From a virus, in IMG/VR virus record IMGVR_UViG_3300042565_001021, positions 91,046 to 155,045 of that record: a stretch of 64,000 bases of DNA. One strand, written 5' to 3'. Shown here in pieces: positions 35,005-45,366 of this stretch. Each line of letters starts with the position of its first letter. The first letter of the stretch is position 1. Both the position numbers and the translations under genes were made by a program. The notes under the pieces were generated by a model that saw nothing but the letters and a program-made list of their open reading frames with translations, was not told where the DNA came from and ran no database searches.

Positions 35005-36888
35005 TTAACCTATCTCGCAGATCCCAGACGTACATGCGAGCATCTGAGCACCTTCGACGTTATCTGTTGCTTCGAGAAATGCGTCCCAAACAATGTTTGG
35101 CATCTTAGCAGCCATTTCGTTGTATTGTTCTTCGTTGATCTCTTGGTACGGTGCTTGACGGTAGCTGTGATCAGAATGTGGTAGGAAGCTAACTCCGCCG
35201 ATATCGTTAAAATTCTCGTAAACCCAGCTACCAACTTCTAACCATTCTGTTTCACGCACATATACAGTGATAGACGGGTTATGCTCGCACCAGTGTTTCT
35301 TGAAGACCAAATAGTGCTCTAACTGCTCGATTGCGGTCATATCATTGCGGAAAACGGCGTGATCTGGAGCCTTTTGTGGGAAAGAAAAGACCCAAGTAGA
35401 ATCTGGCTTGGTCACATCATCTTCACACGGAACACCTGCGTCTTTTAGAAATTGTCCAAGCGGATCCTTCTTGTCTTGACGAACTGTGCGAACATAGTAT
35501 TGTGAATAGCGGGTGTGGATTCCTGACGACGAATCAACTAATTGCGAGACTGTGCCGCTTGGTTTGATAGTTGTGATTGCTGCTGATTGATTAATGCTTA
35601 GCTTTTCTGCCCATTCTTTATTTGTGTCGATTGCTGTTTGACGTAAAATATCACACCATTCAGCTAATAGCTCAGAACCTTTGCGCCCAGACATAATCTG
35701 GTGATCCATAATACCAGTAAGCGACACGCCCAACAATCTTTCTTCTTCGCAATTTTTTTTCCAGATGTTGCGTATATATTTGAAATCTACTAGAGTAGCT
35801 TGGAATGTGCCAAGGATTGTAGCATAGCGGACTTTGTCAATTAGACGCTCTAATGTATCGCCGTCGCGAATGATAACTTCGCTTAGATTACAGAACTCGT
35901 TTGGCCGAAGTAAGATCTCACCACAAGGATTAGTACCAAACTCAATGCCGTCTGTTTCGCGCCGGCCTGTTGCTTTTGCTTGCTTGTTAGCAGACACACG
36001 ATTAAAGATACCGCGTTCGCCGGACTTGCTGTCGTAAAGTGACAGCCATTCCTTCATAAACACGCCGATCTCTGGTTTCTCTGTATAGGCTACGCTGTTG
36101 TTCGCAAGAGCGCGGTGTTGGTAATCAACCCACCACTGTCCGTTCTTAGCGTTCTGCATACGTGTGTCGGAGAGATTTGAGAGGGAGATGAGAGCAGAAC
36201 GACGGACGCCGCCTACGACAACTATCTCTCCGACTTTACACATTAGGTCGTGACACTCTAACGAGTTTAGCTTACGACCTGCTGCATTCTTAAATGTTGC
36301 TACTGTAAATTCTAATAGCTCGTTAAGCGGTGCTGGGCCTGAACTACGACCACCAAATGTCTTCAAACGTGCGCCAGCTGGACGAAGCTTAGTAAGATCC
36401 CACTTAGGAACCTTGCCTTGATACAGCAAAGTAATCAGTTCGTGTAAGCACGTTGCCCAACCGAGCTTGCTGTCTTTGACGAAGATTGTTGTGTCTGTGT
36501 CGTAGAACTCGTCACTAATAACAGGTAGCTGATTAACATACTGTCGCTCAACGCTGAACCCCAACCCTGTGCCGTTCATGAGAATGTATAGTGCTTCACT
36601 GAACGACTTGATGTTATCTACTGCGATGTATGAGCAGTTATATCCTGAGATGTTATCGCGCTCTAACGCTGGACCTGCTGTCATCAATGATCGCATTGAT
36701 GGCATTACTTCCATGTCTAAAATGTGTGATCTAATTCCGTTGTTTAAAACTGCTGCGTATTCTGGAAACTTGCCTGTGTAAAAATCTATTAACCTCTGTA
36801 CTGTTTCGTCCCAATTTTCTCTGCGACTCTTGTCATCTATAAATCGTGCGTACCTACTCTTGTGAATGTAAAGCCGATAGTTATCCAT
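35005..36888 (-). CDS. nrdJ: Class II (adenosylcobalamin-dependent) ribonucleotide reductase
   Basis: YNCSY, VVVGGVRRSA, TNPCGEI, CNLSEV, IKPSGTVS, C-terminal CTSGIC; no beta-subunit gene adjacent. Confidence 0.9.
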   Translation of the reverse strand: MDNYRLYIHKSRYARFIDDKSRRENWDETVQRLIDFYTGKFPEYAAVLNNGIRSHILDMEVMPSMRSLMTAGPALERDNISGYNCSYIAVDNIKSFSEALYILMNGTGLGFSVERQYVNQLPVISDEFYDTDTTIFVKDSKLGWATCLHELITLLYQGKVPKWDLTKLRPAGARLKTFGGRSSGPAPLNELLEFTVATFKNAAGRKLNSLECHDLMCKVGEIVVVGGVRRSALISLSNLSDTRMQNAKNGQWWVDYQHRALANNSVAYTEKPEIGVFMKEWLSLYDSKSGERGIFNRVSANKQAKATGRRETDGIEFGTNPCGEILLRPNEFCNLSEVIIRDGDTLERLIDKVRYATILGTFQATLVDFKYIRNIWKKNCEEERLLGVSLTGIMDHQIMSGRKGSELLAEWCDILRQTAIDTNKEWAEKLSINQSAAITTIKPSGTVSQLVDSSSGIHTRYSQYYVRTVRQDKKDPLGQFLKDAGVPCEDDVTKPDSTWVFSFPQKAPDHAVFRNDMTAIEQLEHYLVFKKHWCEHNPSITVYVRETEWLEVGSWVYENFNDIGGVSFLPHSDHSYRQAPYQEINEEQYNEMAAKMPNIVWDAFLEATDNVEGAQMLACTSGICEIG

Positions 36889-37044
36889 TTTTCTCTCTTA
36901 TAAAAACGTTGTTTAGTATTTACTGCTGGTACGGATCCGACAACGAATTCTCCGCCCATTACTGCCTCTCTTTTTGTGTTTGCTTCTTACTTATGACTTA
37001 GCGATGAAGGTAATACTGAATATATAATACCCCGATGAAATGGA

Positions 37045-38694
37045 CTAAATTAGTGTCCGCGTTGTGACTTTAAACGTTGCTGAGTTGCCGCCTAAAGTTG
37101 ATGCGTTAGTATCGTAAGTGAGGATAACGTTGGCTCCTGACACTGACGGAACCATGCTAATACCAAAGTCAGTGGTTTCAACGTACTCATCTTCGTATGT
37201 TACATCAACACCATCTGTGGTTATCTTCATTATTCCGGTTCTCTTATCATTGACGGACGCAATTGCGTAATCAAGGATAATAGGCGCATATCCAACACCG
37301 ATAACTACTGTGTCGGTCTGATTGTCCAACAATGAAACAAAATCTAAATTGCTAGTTATCTGCCCACCAAGCTGTAGGCCACCGTTACTTAATGTCGCAA
37401 AGCCCAAGTTGTTATTAAAGTTAATAAGAATTGCATCGGTTAGTAATCTTTCTTCAAATGTGTCTCCGATACTATAGCTATTTTTACCATTGTAGTCAAT
37501 GACTGAATAGACTGCCGACCCAGGAGCAGGGCTTCCCTGACGGCCAACGTTTATGTAGCTATTGAATGCGCTAACAATGTTGACCGCGCCAGCGGTAATA
37601 GTATCTAGTTGTGTACCTGAACTAGTTGATCTGATACCTTGTCTAAACACTTCGTTGAATGTCGAATGCGTGATTCTAACTCCCGACGGCGGAACTGTGC
37701 CGCCTACGTCATTGTCTCCTACTTCGGCGCCTTGATACAACTTATGGAAGTAGCTATTAGTTATGCTTACATCTCGTACTCCATTTATACTGTTTGTAAT
37801 GTACAGACCGTACGTCGTAGCGACGAAGTCACATTGGTTAAACACTAATCTATTAGATTGCTGGGCGCCACTAACTGACGCATCTAACCTAACTCCGGCA
37901 GTACCAGACCCTACTACAACCGGCATTGTTGACCAGTCTGTAGTGAAGTGCGAATTCTGCAGAGTCCAAGTCGTATACTGAAAGCGGACTCTCGAAAAAT
38001 AACCATCTTGCACGCCGTCAAACTTAACGATATCTCTAGTATTAGAAGTATGCGCGATAGTTAAATCTTCAATTTCTATATTGCCTCGCGTAATACCTGG
38101 GACCTCAACTGCTACTAATGCGCTTGTTTCGGCAGCATCGGTTTGAATAATAAACGTAGAATTTTTTCCGTCACCTTTTAACTTTACGTAAGGTAGCATT
38201 CTGATTACATCACCAGTTAAAACGTATGTACCTGCTGGAATATGTAACGTGCGACGAAGTCTTGGATTTGCTACTAAACTATTTGATAATCCAGCTTCCA
38301 TATGAAGCTCAGTTATTGCGCGATTAAACGCATCTACATCGTTTGTATCCCCATCTCCCACTCCGCCAAAATCTCTAAAATTAACTATGTCATCGAATTT
38401 GTTTTGCATCGAGCGCTCTGCCGGAGCAAGAGCACTGGGACCAGTCTGTACTGCATACCCGCCAGCTTCCTCACCGCGAAATGTGTACCCGCTTTCGAAG
38501 TCTAGGATATTGCTTTCAGTGGTTAAAATTTCAGTATTGCCGATTTGTGGAGCACCTTCTGTCGTGTCACCGTTGCCAATGAAAAGCTGACGCGTATCTA
38601 AGCACCAGCCAAGTTCTGCGCTTGCTAGTGGTCGTGGAAGGTCGTTGTAAAGTCCTCTACGGGACTGAATACGGGAGATTTGAAGAATAGCCAA
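37045..38694 (-). CDS. Virion/tail protein with pectate-lyase-like beta-helix
   Basis: N-terminal I..RRG...LP...AELGW..D...LFIGNG; DFGGVGDG..D..AF..AI...PAGTY. Confidence 0.75.
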   Translation of the reverse strand: MAILQISRIQSRRGLYNDLPRPLASAELGWCLDTRQLFIGNGDTTEGAPQIGNTEILTTESNILDFESGYTFRGEEAGGYAVQTGPSALAPAERSMQNKFDDIVNFRDFGGVGDGDTNDVDAFNRAITELHMEAGLSNSLVANPRLRRTLHIPAGTYVLTGDVIRMLPYVKLKGDGKNSTFIIQTDAAETSALVAVEVPGITRGNIEIEDLTIAHTSNTRDIVKFDGVQDGYFSRVRFQYTTWTLQNSHFTTDWSTMPVVVGSGTAGVRLDASVSGAQQSNRLVFNQCDFVATTYGLYITNSINGVRDVSITNSYFHKLYQGAEVGDNDVGGTVPPSGVRITHSTFNEVFRQGIRSTSSGTQLDTITAGAVNIVSAFNSYINVGRQGSPAPGSAVYSVIDYNGKNSYSIGDTFEERLLTDAILINFNNNLGFATLSNGGLQLGGQITSNLDFVSLLDNQTDTVVIGVGYAPIILDYAIASVNDKRTGIMKITTDGVDVTYEDEYVETTDFGISMVPSVSGANVILTYDTNASTLGGNSATFKVTTRTLI

Positions 38695-38723
38695 TTTAGT
38701 TAATCCTTAGTTCTATTAACTAT

Positions 38724-39410
38724 TTATGCTTGCGTAAAGTATTTTTCTAAACGGTCCCACCATATAGTCTCGTATTTGTCCCACTCTGCACCTTCAAGTA
38801 CGAATTCTTGGTACTCGCAGGCTCTACTGCACATTAGAACCACGCCCTGGCGAATGTTAGTGCCAAACATGTGGTTGTGCGCTAATCCGTAAGCCACTAA
38901 TTGTGCAAAATAGTCGTCAATCCACTCTCGTTTCTTGGGCTTATTTGTTTGTTTAAAATCGATAATCGACTCTTGCTGCTTCCACACACCAGCTAAGTCT
39001 GTAGATCCAGCATACAGTCCAGAGTAGAAGAGAGAAAGCTCATTACCCCAACATTCATCTAAATGGACTAGCCCTTTCTGAATGATCTCTTGTGCCATTG
39101 GGTGCGCAATCTGTTGCACTTTGTTTGTACCGGGCAACTTCGGAGTACCGCGACAATAATTTTCTAACATAGAATGCATGACAGTTCCGGTACCGGCGGC
39201 CTCAGTAGTGATGGTTTGAGCTTGTTGGTGGCCTACTCGTTTTCGCCAATTTTGTAATGCGGCCTTAGATTCTTCAGACTTGGTTTTATCGAGCACCGTT
39301 GTAACCGAGGGGACTTTATTTCCGTCTGGTAAGCAATAGTGACGCTTGCCGTCAACTGTTTCTCTTTTTAGTGGTTGGTAGTTAAATTTGGGTGTTTGTT
39401 GTGTAATCAT
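38724..39410 (-). CDS. PD-(D/E)xK exonuclease
   Basis: VPSVTTVL...GT..H...E...YAGSTD...IIDFKQ...Y..QL.AY; likely start MITQ. Confidence 0.85.
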   Translation of the reverse strand: MITQQTPKFNYQPLKRETVDGKRHYCLPDGNKVPSVTTVLDKTKSEESKAALQNWRKRVGHQQAQTITTEAAGTGTVMHSMLENYCRGTPKLPGTNKVQQIAHPMAQEIIQKGLVHLDECWGNELSLFYSGLYAGSTDLAGVWKQQESIIDFKQTNKPKKREWIDDYFAQLVAYGLAHNHMFGTNIRQGVVLMCSRACEYQEFVLEGAEWDKYETIWWDRLEKYFTQA

Positions 39411-39452
39411 ATAGATCATTATACATAATCTATTATGCAAAGAGCAATACTT

Positions 39453-39857
39453 TTATGCTCGATTATCAGACGCAGAATGTGCCATAGATTTAACGACTTC
39501 GGTTGGGTCTTGCTCGTGTCCGCCGGTTTCTTCTTCGTCGTCTCCAAATTCTTCGTCGTCGAGTTCAGATTCGGACTTAAATTCTACTGTATCGCGGTTA
39601 AAGTTCTTGATCAAAGCTTTTACTGCTTCGTCGTTTTCGTATGCGTCAACTAGCGTTTCGTAAGTGAAGGTATTGTCACCGGCATTTTGAACAAGCTGGA
39701 TTAAGCTGTTAGTGCGCAACTTAGTTGGGACTTCTTTATCGTCACCGCGCTTCTTCAGGTACATTAGCACAGGAAGAAGGTTTGTTGAAAGAGATCCTTC
39801 TCCGGCTAGTTGTTCTTCTGGGCTTACGTCTTCTCGGATGATTTCGTTGATTTTCAA
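39453..39857 (-). CDS. Hypothetical acidic protein (MKINEIIRE N-terminus)
   Basis: TTG start at 39857; C-terminus V.SMA.SA resembles that of the next gene. Confidence 0.7.
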   Translation of the reverse strand: MKINEIIREDVSPEEQLAGEGSLSTNLLPVLMYLKKRGDDKEVPTKLRTNSLIQLVQNAGDNTFTYETLVDAYENDEAVKALIKNFNRDTVEFKSESELDDEEFGDDEEETGGHEQDPTEVVKSMAHSASDNRA

Positions 39858-39858
39858 T

Positions 39859-40317
39859 TTATATCCCGCGATCGCGGCTGGCAGCACGACCAGCCATGCC
39901 ACCTACAGTAGCATCCTTCTCTTTAGCTTGCTTGTTTGGATCTTCATTCTTGACTGACATGTTCTTAAACTTGATTTTCTTGTCGTCAATGCTGTCGATC
40001 ATGCTGCGGATTTCCGGTGACTTCTTGTTGATAGCGATTAGATCAGCTAGATTAACTGGCTTCTTAGCAAGCTCAATTACTTTAGATATAAAAGGTAGGA
40101 TTTCAACTTGTGCGTGGCCTTGACCTTTGTATTCGTCACATACCCGCTTAACAGCATTGATCATCTTCGTGTCAGCGTTAGACGAAAGTTCCATTTCTGG
40201 CTCATTGAAATTGTCTAGACCAGGATCTTCTAAATCTACAGACGGTTCCGGAAAATCGTCATCTGCCCAGTTAATGTCGGCATCTAAACCTTCGACAATA
40301 ATTTCGTTAATCTTCAT
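39859..40317 (-). CDS. Hypothetical protein (MKINEIIVE N-terminus)
   Basis: Paralogue-like of 39453..39857 (V..MA..A end). Confidence 0.7.
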   Translation of the reverse strand: MKINEIIVEGLDADINWADDDFPEPSVDLEDPGLDNFNEPEMELSSNADTKMINAVKRVCDEYKGQGHAQVEILPFISKVIELAKKPVNLADLIAINKKSPEIRSMIDSIDDKKIKFKNMSVKNEDPNKQAKEKDATVGGMAGRAASRDRGI

Positions 40318-40319
40318 GC

Positions 40320-41048
40320 TTAACGTCTTTCTCGCCCTAATTCTTCTGGGCCGCCTGCTGCTGCATCCATTGCATCAAACCCGTCGCCTTCTGCCGGTGG
40401 CTCTTCCATGCCCATATCGTCGCCTGCCATTGGGTCTGCCCCCATCGTCGGGTCTGCTCCCATGCCGCCTGCCATTGGATCAGCTGGCATACCCATTGGA
40501 GCTGCTGCGCCTTCGCCTGTTAGTGCACGAGCTGCGCCATCTAGCTGCTCGCGTGTTTGTCCTAGTGTGCCAGACAACGTTGTTAGGACCTGCCCGACTG
40601 ATGCCTTAAACGCTTCTGCTTGCTCCATACCAATTTGATCACGGATGGAATCGATTAGTGCCGGTAGCTGCTCGTTCTGCATCTTACCAACTTTCTCGAT
40701 CATGTCTTGTGCTGTGTCGACCATGTCTTTAGCAGCAAGAATGGCTTCTGCTTGACCGAGCTCACCTTCTTTAAGCTTACGGCGTTGCTGCTGGCCTTTA
40801 TACGCATCGATCCAGCGTGATAGCCCTTCGTAAACGATAAGCATCTCTAGGTACTGCGGATTCTTCTCGGCAGTATGGATAGCACTTGATTTGCGAATAG
40901 AGTTTACTGTCTCCATAATCTTATTGCGCATAGCTTGTGCTTTTGGCAATGTGATGGAGTCATAATCTAGCTTAAACCCGAATCTCGACTCGGTAACTTT
41001 GTTTAATTTCTTCATCGAAGGCTTGTTTGTCATGTCAGTTAGTTTCAT
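40320..41048 (-). CDS. Possible prohead core/scaffold-like protein
   Basis: Helical, LKE site, low-complexity MGADP/acidic tail; function inferred. Confidence 0.4.
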   Translation of the reverse strand: MKLTDMTNKPSMKKLNKVTESRFGFKLDYDSITLPKAQAMRNKIMETVNSIRKSSAIHTAEKNPQYLEMLIVYEGLSRWIDAYKGQQQRRKLKEGELGQAEAILAAKDMVDTAQDMIEKVGKMQNEQLPALIDSIRDQIGMEQAEAFKASVGQVLTTLSGTLGQTREQLDGAARALTGEGAAAPMGMPADPMAGGMGADPTMGADPMAGDDMGMEEPPAEGDGFDAMDAAAGGPEELGRERR

Positions 41049-41065
41049 TTTAGAATTCCTAAGTC

Positions 41066-41563
41066 CTATATTATGTATTTAGCCTTAACAAGAATTTTTT
41101 CTAATTCTTGTTTGGCCTTCGTTAACCTATCCTTTGCGTCTGCGTATCTACTACTAAACAAATCGATCTTAAAGCTGTCGTGGCAAAAGTGAGCATTGTC
41201 TAGCTTTACTCTAAATGTTGCTTTTTCTACATCTAACTTCCCTACAAAGCTGTCTAACTCATGTAGCTCTTTTGCTTCGGAGATCCTTAATACATGAACT
41301 AACGCACAATAAACAATGGCACTTCTTTTATCTACAAACTCCAAGTCTCCAACCTTCCAACATACTTGCGAGACTTTTGTTACCTTCTTTGTTCCTACCG
41401 TGTAGTCTCCGTTTGCTAGTTCTACTGCTACTGGGTACCTACTTGTTTGCTGTAATTCAGCTAAAGCTTTTGCTGTCCAGCTTGCTACCCGCTGATAGCC
41501 ATAATCTACTATCGGCGTCGTGTTATCTAATTTTTTTGGAGTATGTGATTTTGCCTTCAACAT
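41066..41563 (-). CDS. Hypothetical protein
   Basis: Operon ORF. Confidence 0.65.
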   Translation of the reverse strand: MLKAKSHTPKKLDNTTPIVDYGYQRVASWTAKALAELQQTSRYPVAVELANGDYTVGTKKVTKVSQVCWKVGDLEFVDKRSAIVYCALVHVLRISEAKELHELDSFVGKLDVEKATFRVKLDNAHFCHDSFKIDLFSSRYADAKDRLTKAKQELEKILVKAKYII

Positions 41564-41735
41564 TCTTTTTCCTGGTTAGTACCTCTTTGGATACAAGTTG
41601 GTTTGCTAAGAGCTGTTCTCTTGGTTCTAGGTCTGACTTTAGTATAGTAGCATCTTCGTTAAACTTACTCAATACTTCGGCTTCCTCGTTGTTTAAGGGC
41701 AAATTCAATCCGGTTAAAAGTTCGACTATTTTCAT
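41523..41735 (-). CDS. Hypothetical small protein
   Basis: ATAAATA 4 nt before the ATG. Confidence 0.65.
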   Translation of the reverse strand: MKIVELLTGLNLPLNNEEAEVLSKFNEDATILKSDLEPREQLLANQLVSKEVLTRKKNVEGKITYSKKIR

Positions 41736-41750
41736 TCAGTATTTATGCTG

Positions 41751-42185
41751 CTAGATTGAAAACGGTTCAAAGTATATATTGGTATTTGGACCAGATACTA
41801 TAAAGGTCGGCACCGGTATTGCTACCGTTTCGTCTAGCCCTGTAATAACTGGAACATTAACAAAGTCTGCTTCTAGTGTTCCATATGGTCTGGATGACCC
41901 CTTAAACACATCTTCCTGCTCTGTGCTAAACTTAAATGTCCAAACGCTCTGAACTCCTGCGTAGTTACTTCCGAAACTAGACCCTGTTACATCTAAGCTA
42001 ACAATTTGTGGATCACTAAGCGTTAATAGTTGCGTTCTTAAGGAGAGAACTTGAACTAAGGTCTCAAAATTTCTTTGCTGATTTCTTTCTTTTGTCTGGA
42101 CCGAGGCGACTATGTTTGTTTGGGTAATATCAACTAACGAGTAGCCGATGTTCATTCTTAAAAGTATTGCGTCGGAACTTAACAT
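41751..42185 (-). CDS. Hypothetical late protein
   Basis: YSLVDIT.T...NQQRNFET; late promoter upstream. Confidence 0.65.
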   Translation of the reverse strand: MLSSDAILLRMNIGYSLVDITQTNIVASVQTKERNQQRNFETLVQVLSLRTQLLTLSDPQIVSLDVTGSSFGSNYAGVQSVWTFKFSTEQEDVFKGSSRPYGTLEADFVNVPVITGLDETVAIPVPTFIVSGPNTNIYFEPFSI

Positions 42186-42210
42186 TGTGTACTATTTATG
42201 GGCCGTAAAA

Positions 42211-42234
42211 ATAGGGACTTAGAAAAGTCCCTAT
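42211..42234 (-). terminator. Intrinsic terminator
   Basis: ATAGGGACTT/AAGTCCCTAT stem plus T-run. Confidence 0.7.
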
Positions 42235-42253
42235 CTTTAGTTTGTTACTTGGA

Positions 42254-42634
42254 TTAAGCTAGTTTGAATGCTGCTGTAGCTGCTGTAGTAGCGCCTAAGA
42301 CAACACCATTAACAGTTCCAAGACCTTGGATTGCTGTTTGTAGGTCACCGTCTGTCCAACCAGTTGCGTCAACTGCTACGCTTAGAATCAAACCACCTGT
42401 TGCTAAACAATATGCAACTGTAGATGCCTTAACTTGGATTGTACGTAGAATTGCTTCGATTGTTCCACCTGTTCCAAACTGTGCTGTGTTGTCTGCTGCA
42501 AGTGTAACCTTGTAGAATGTTAGACCACGACCGACTACTGAGATTGTTTGATTAATGGAAGCTGCGCCTGTTTCAGCGATATCAACGTTTGATACACCAG
42601 CTGCGGTTCCATGTACACGAGTAACTTCTGCCAT
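42254..42634 (-). CDS. Small virion structural protein
   Basis: A/T/G-rich; own late promoter, strong AGGAG RBS and terminator. Confidence 0.6.
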   Translation of the reverse strand: MAEVTRVHGTAAGVSNVDIAETGAASINQTISVVGRGLTFYKVTLAADNTAQFGTGGTIEAILRTIQVKASTVAYCLATGGLILSVAVDATGWTDGDLQTAIQGLGTVNGVVLGATTAATAAFKLA

Positions 42635-42716
42635 TTTATTTCTCCTAATTTAAAGTACAGCTCAAATGCTGCATACTTTTATTTAGTCCAGATTACGAAA
42701 ATCACCGTTTTCGTGG

Positions 42717-44624
42717 TTAGAATTCGTCGGATCCTAACACGGCCGGCCCATACCATTCTGTTACCCTGTGTTTATTCTGTCTGTTAATACGTGTTATCAT
42801 TTCGTTTATTGATTCTTTAACGGCTTTTGGCGTAGCTAAACACACTAAGTCGTCGTGTTGATTAAACACCTCCGATGGTGTTATATTAGGTAATACTTCG
42901 TTACTAATTAGATTATATCCACATACTGTGTATCGACCATGCCTGTATAGTTTTTCCCAAAGCCCTTTACTACCGCCTAGACCACCCTCAGTTAAATTTG
43001 TGTCTGACAAAACTGATAATCCGTCATTCATTATAGCATAGTCATACAAGTAAGTTCCGAATCCTTGCGACTTATACTTTTCTTCAATTTGTACTAATCT
43101 AACCTGCCACAAAGAACTATTATATTTTTCTAATTGTAAAAGACCAACTAACGTATTACGTATCGGAGATTGAGGATCAAATAACCCGTAGTATAGCTCG
43201 TCCCCTTTTGTAATCTTTTTTAACTCTAATCCGTGAACTTCGTGAATAACAGGTGTACCTAGTGGAAAATATGTAGATTTGTATGAGATATCGTTGTCCC
43301 TAATAGGGCTCGTAATTGCTTCCAATGTTAGGTCTTCGTCTTCCTTGTTTCTTTCATAGTCACGAAGCTTATCGAAGTATCCGTTGTTCCTTATTGTCTT
43401 AAAGGCCAGGTTCTCAACGCTAAACTCGCCTTCGCGCTCTAGTCCCGCCCTACGCATTCTGCGGATGTGTTCCCACAGGTCGTCAATTTCTTGTTGGTCA
43501 GTCTCAGAGGCATCACTGATAAGCAAGTCTATCTGCTGCATAATGCCTTCTGCTTTAGCTTGGACGTTGCTGTCGTCATACGTCGGTTTCTCGTATGTTG
43601 GTTTCTTAATCCATTCGTCGTGATACAACGAGTAGATACCGTTTGCTACGAGTTGATTTTCTTTCGCATTGACGTCTTCCGCATAGAGCTCAACGTTGAA
43701 CCCTTTAACTGTGATTTCGTGTCCGGAGTTCCAGAGGGACTTTTTAGCCCGTAGGAAGGGTTCGGTGAGAGGGTTTTCTTCTCCCAGCTTTCGCGCATCA
43801 ACCAATACGTGTAAATCCAGATCGGACTGGCTAGTGTAATTGTATCCGCAATTGCTTCCCGTAATAATGTAATCGACGATTCTGATTTGTTCGACATCAA
43901 TGAACTCCGAAAACTTGTTTGCTATTTTAGCTAGTGCGTCTTTAACGTCTGACTTTAGTTCTTCACCATCCCATAGTGCTGGGTTAAGGGTATCGCTGTA
44001 TGCTAGTTTAGTATCAACAAACTCGCGTATTGGTTGTCGTGTAGGTTCAACGCTCTCTACCTTGTAGGATTGTTTGAACCACAAGTAAATATCAACGTTG
44101 CCTGCTCGCTTATCAAATTCGCGACGTAAGATCTGAGTAAGTTGTACTTTGTTAGAATAAGTAAGATTATCCCAGTTACCGACGTCGCGGCGCAGTTGCC
44201 TAAACAGGGCATTGCTTTGTATGCGCAAGTATTCCTCAAGCTTCCAAAAGAACGTTGCGTCGTCGCTGTTGCTTTTCTGCCTTGACCTAATGTTTTGTAG
44301 ATAGCGATTGATCTGGAACAACGGAATAGACACCCTGTCGTTTACTTTGATATAGTGCTTGAACGTGTCCTGGTTGTTCAGAATTGCTAATAGGTTACCT
44401 AAGTCGGTTCCGGCGTAGTGTGTGTTGTCGTATGTGTTATAGACTAGCGTTTGATCAGCGTACCTAGACATAAGGTCTCTGTCAGATATACGATACACTT
44501 CGATCATCATAAAAATCAGGTAAATGATGCCTGCGATTTCCTCAGCAGACTTACCTTTAACGTTATCCGGGCCAAAGAACATGCGTGCTTCATATAAATA
44601 TTCAATAAAAGGAAGTTTTAACAT
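42717..44624 (-). CDS. Multidomain protein: helical N-terminus + nucleotidyltransferase + GNAT-like domain
   Basis: ITGSNCGYNY..SDLDLH; C-terminal WQVRLVQIEEKYKSQGFGTYLY. Confidence 0.65.
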   Translation of the reverse strand: MLKLPFIEYLYEARMFFGPDNVKGKSAEEIAGIIYLIFMMIEVYRISDRDLMSRYADQTLVYNTYDNTHYAGTDLGNLLAILNNQDTFKHYIKVNDRVSIPLFQINRYLQNIRSRQKSNSDDATFFWKLEEYLRIQSNALFRQLRRDVGNWDNLTYSNKVQLTQILRREFDKRAGNVDIYLWFKQSYKVESVEPTRQPIREFVDTKLAYSDTLNPALWDGEELKSDVKDALAKIANKFSEFIDVEQIRIVDYIITGSNCGYNYTSQSDLDLHVLVDARKLGEENPLTEPFLRAKKSLWNSGHEITVKGFNVELYAEDVNAKENQLVANGIYSLYHDEWIKKPTYEKPTYDDSNVQAKAEGIMQQIDLLISDASETDQQEIDDLWEHIRRMRRAGLEREGEFSVENLAFKTIRNNGYFDKLRDYERNKEDEDLTLEAITSPIRDNDISYKSTYFPLGTPVIHEVHGLELKKITKGDELYYGLFDPQSPIRNTLVGLLQLEKYNSSLWQVRLVQIEEKYKSQGFGTYLYDYAIMNDGLSVLSDTNLTEGGLGGSKGLWEKLYRHGRYTVCGYNLISNEVLPNITPSEVFNQHDDLVCLATPKAVKESINEMITRINRQNKHRVTEWYGPAVLGSDEF

Positions 44625-45232
44625 TAGATACCTTTATGCATTGCGATAACATGCTTATTTAATTGTGGCCAGGAAAATTCTTTCCTACAATATAAACAAC
44701 TGCATTTTTCAAATCTACGACCAATATTCGGGTCAACGTATCCTTCTTGTGCGTTTCTTATCTTAATAGTTGCTTTTCGGCGAGCAATGACTTCCTCAGA
44801 TAACGGTTGTCCTTTATTGATTGGTGCTCTGCCAGTTTTAATTCCTTTTCGTCCACTTGGTTTACCCCTAATAGGTGATATCCTTCCTTTTAAGCTGCCG
44901 CCACCTAATCCGTTTTCAACTACTATATTAGCCCAAATCGGGGAGTCAACAATATTTTCTCGAATTGAAAAACTAACTGCAAATTCTTTTAAATCCACCT
45001 TATCATAGAATAAGCAATACCAGAGGGTAATCACATGCTCTGCTCCAAATTCGTTAAGGTGCTTGAGCCATTCGGTGCCCGACCCTAAATATTTTTCAAC
45101 ATTAGTATCGGTCCTATAGGTTTTGCCGAAATATAACTTACCAGTTATTGTATGCTGCTTTATAAATAGATAGGTTGGTCTCAAAGTTTGTTGTTGGCGA
45201 AGCGGGCTCGAATAAATACCTTTGCTGGACAT
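44624..45232 (-). CDS. Free-standing GIY-YIG-like homing endonuclease
   Basis: PTYLFIKQH.ITGKLYFGKT...YLGSG..W..HL; C-terminal CSCLYC; start moved to ATG 45232 after GGGAG. Confidence 0.8.
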   Translation of the reverse strand: MSSKGIYSSPLRQQQTLRPTYLFIKQHTITGKLYFGKTYRTDTNVEKYLGSGTEWLKHLNEFGAEHVITLWYCLFYDKVDLKEFAVSFSIRENIVDSPIWANIVVENGLGGGSLKGRISPIRGKPSGRKGIKTGRAPINKGQPLSEEVIARRKATIKIRNAQEGYVDPNIGRRFEKCSCLYCRKEFSWPQLNKHVIAMHKGI

Positions 45233-45310
45233 ACTAATCTCCCTGATTAAATAATTATGTCTAGAGCAAGCAGATGTTGATGCATCGTGGCTTGCACTAA
45301 TCGTATTTAT
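45212..45310 (-). ncRNA. Conserved structured leader of endonuclease gene (copy 4)
   Basis: ATAAATA-CGATTAGT-GCAAGC-CAC-GATG-catcaa-CATC-T-GCTTGC-TCTAGAC...GGGAG..ATG..TATTTAT. Confidence 0.6.
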
Positions 45311-45366
45311 CCAAGGTAGTATCCGTGCCTCTGTTAACTCTTCTTTAATGAACGGTAGCAGAGACA

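Noticed and set aside
36889-37044. Cobalamin riboswitch or NrdR box upstream of nrdJ
   Set aside because: No B12-box or convincing NrdR palindrome recognisable
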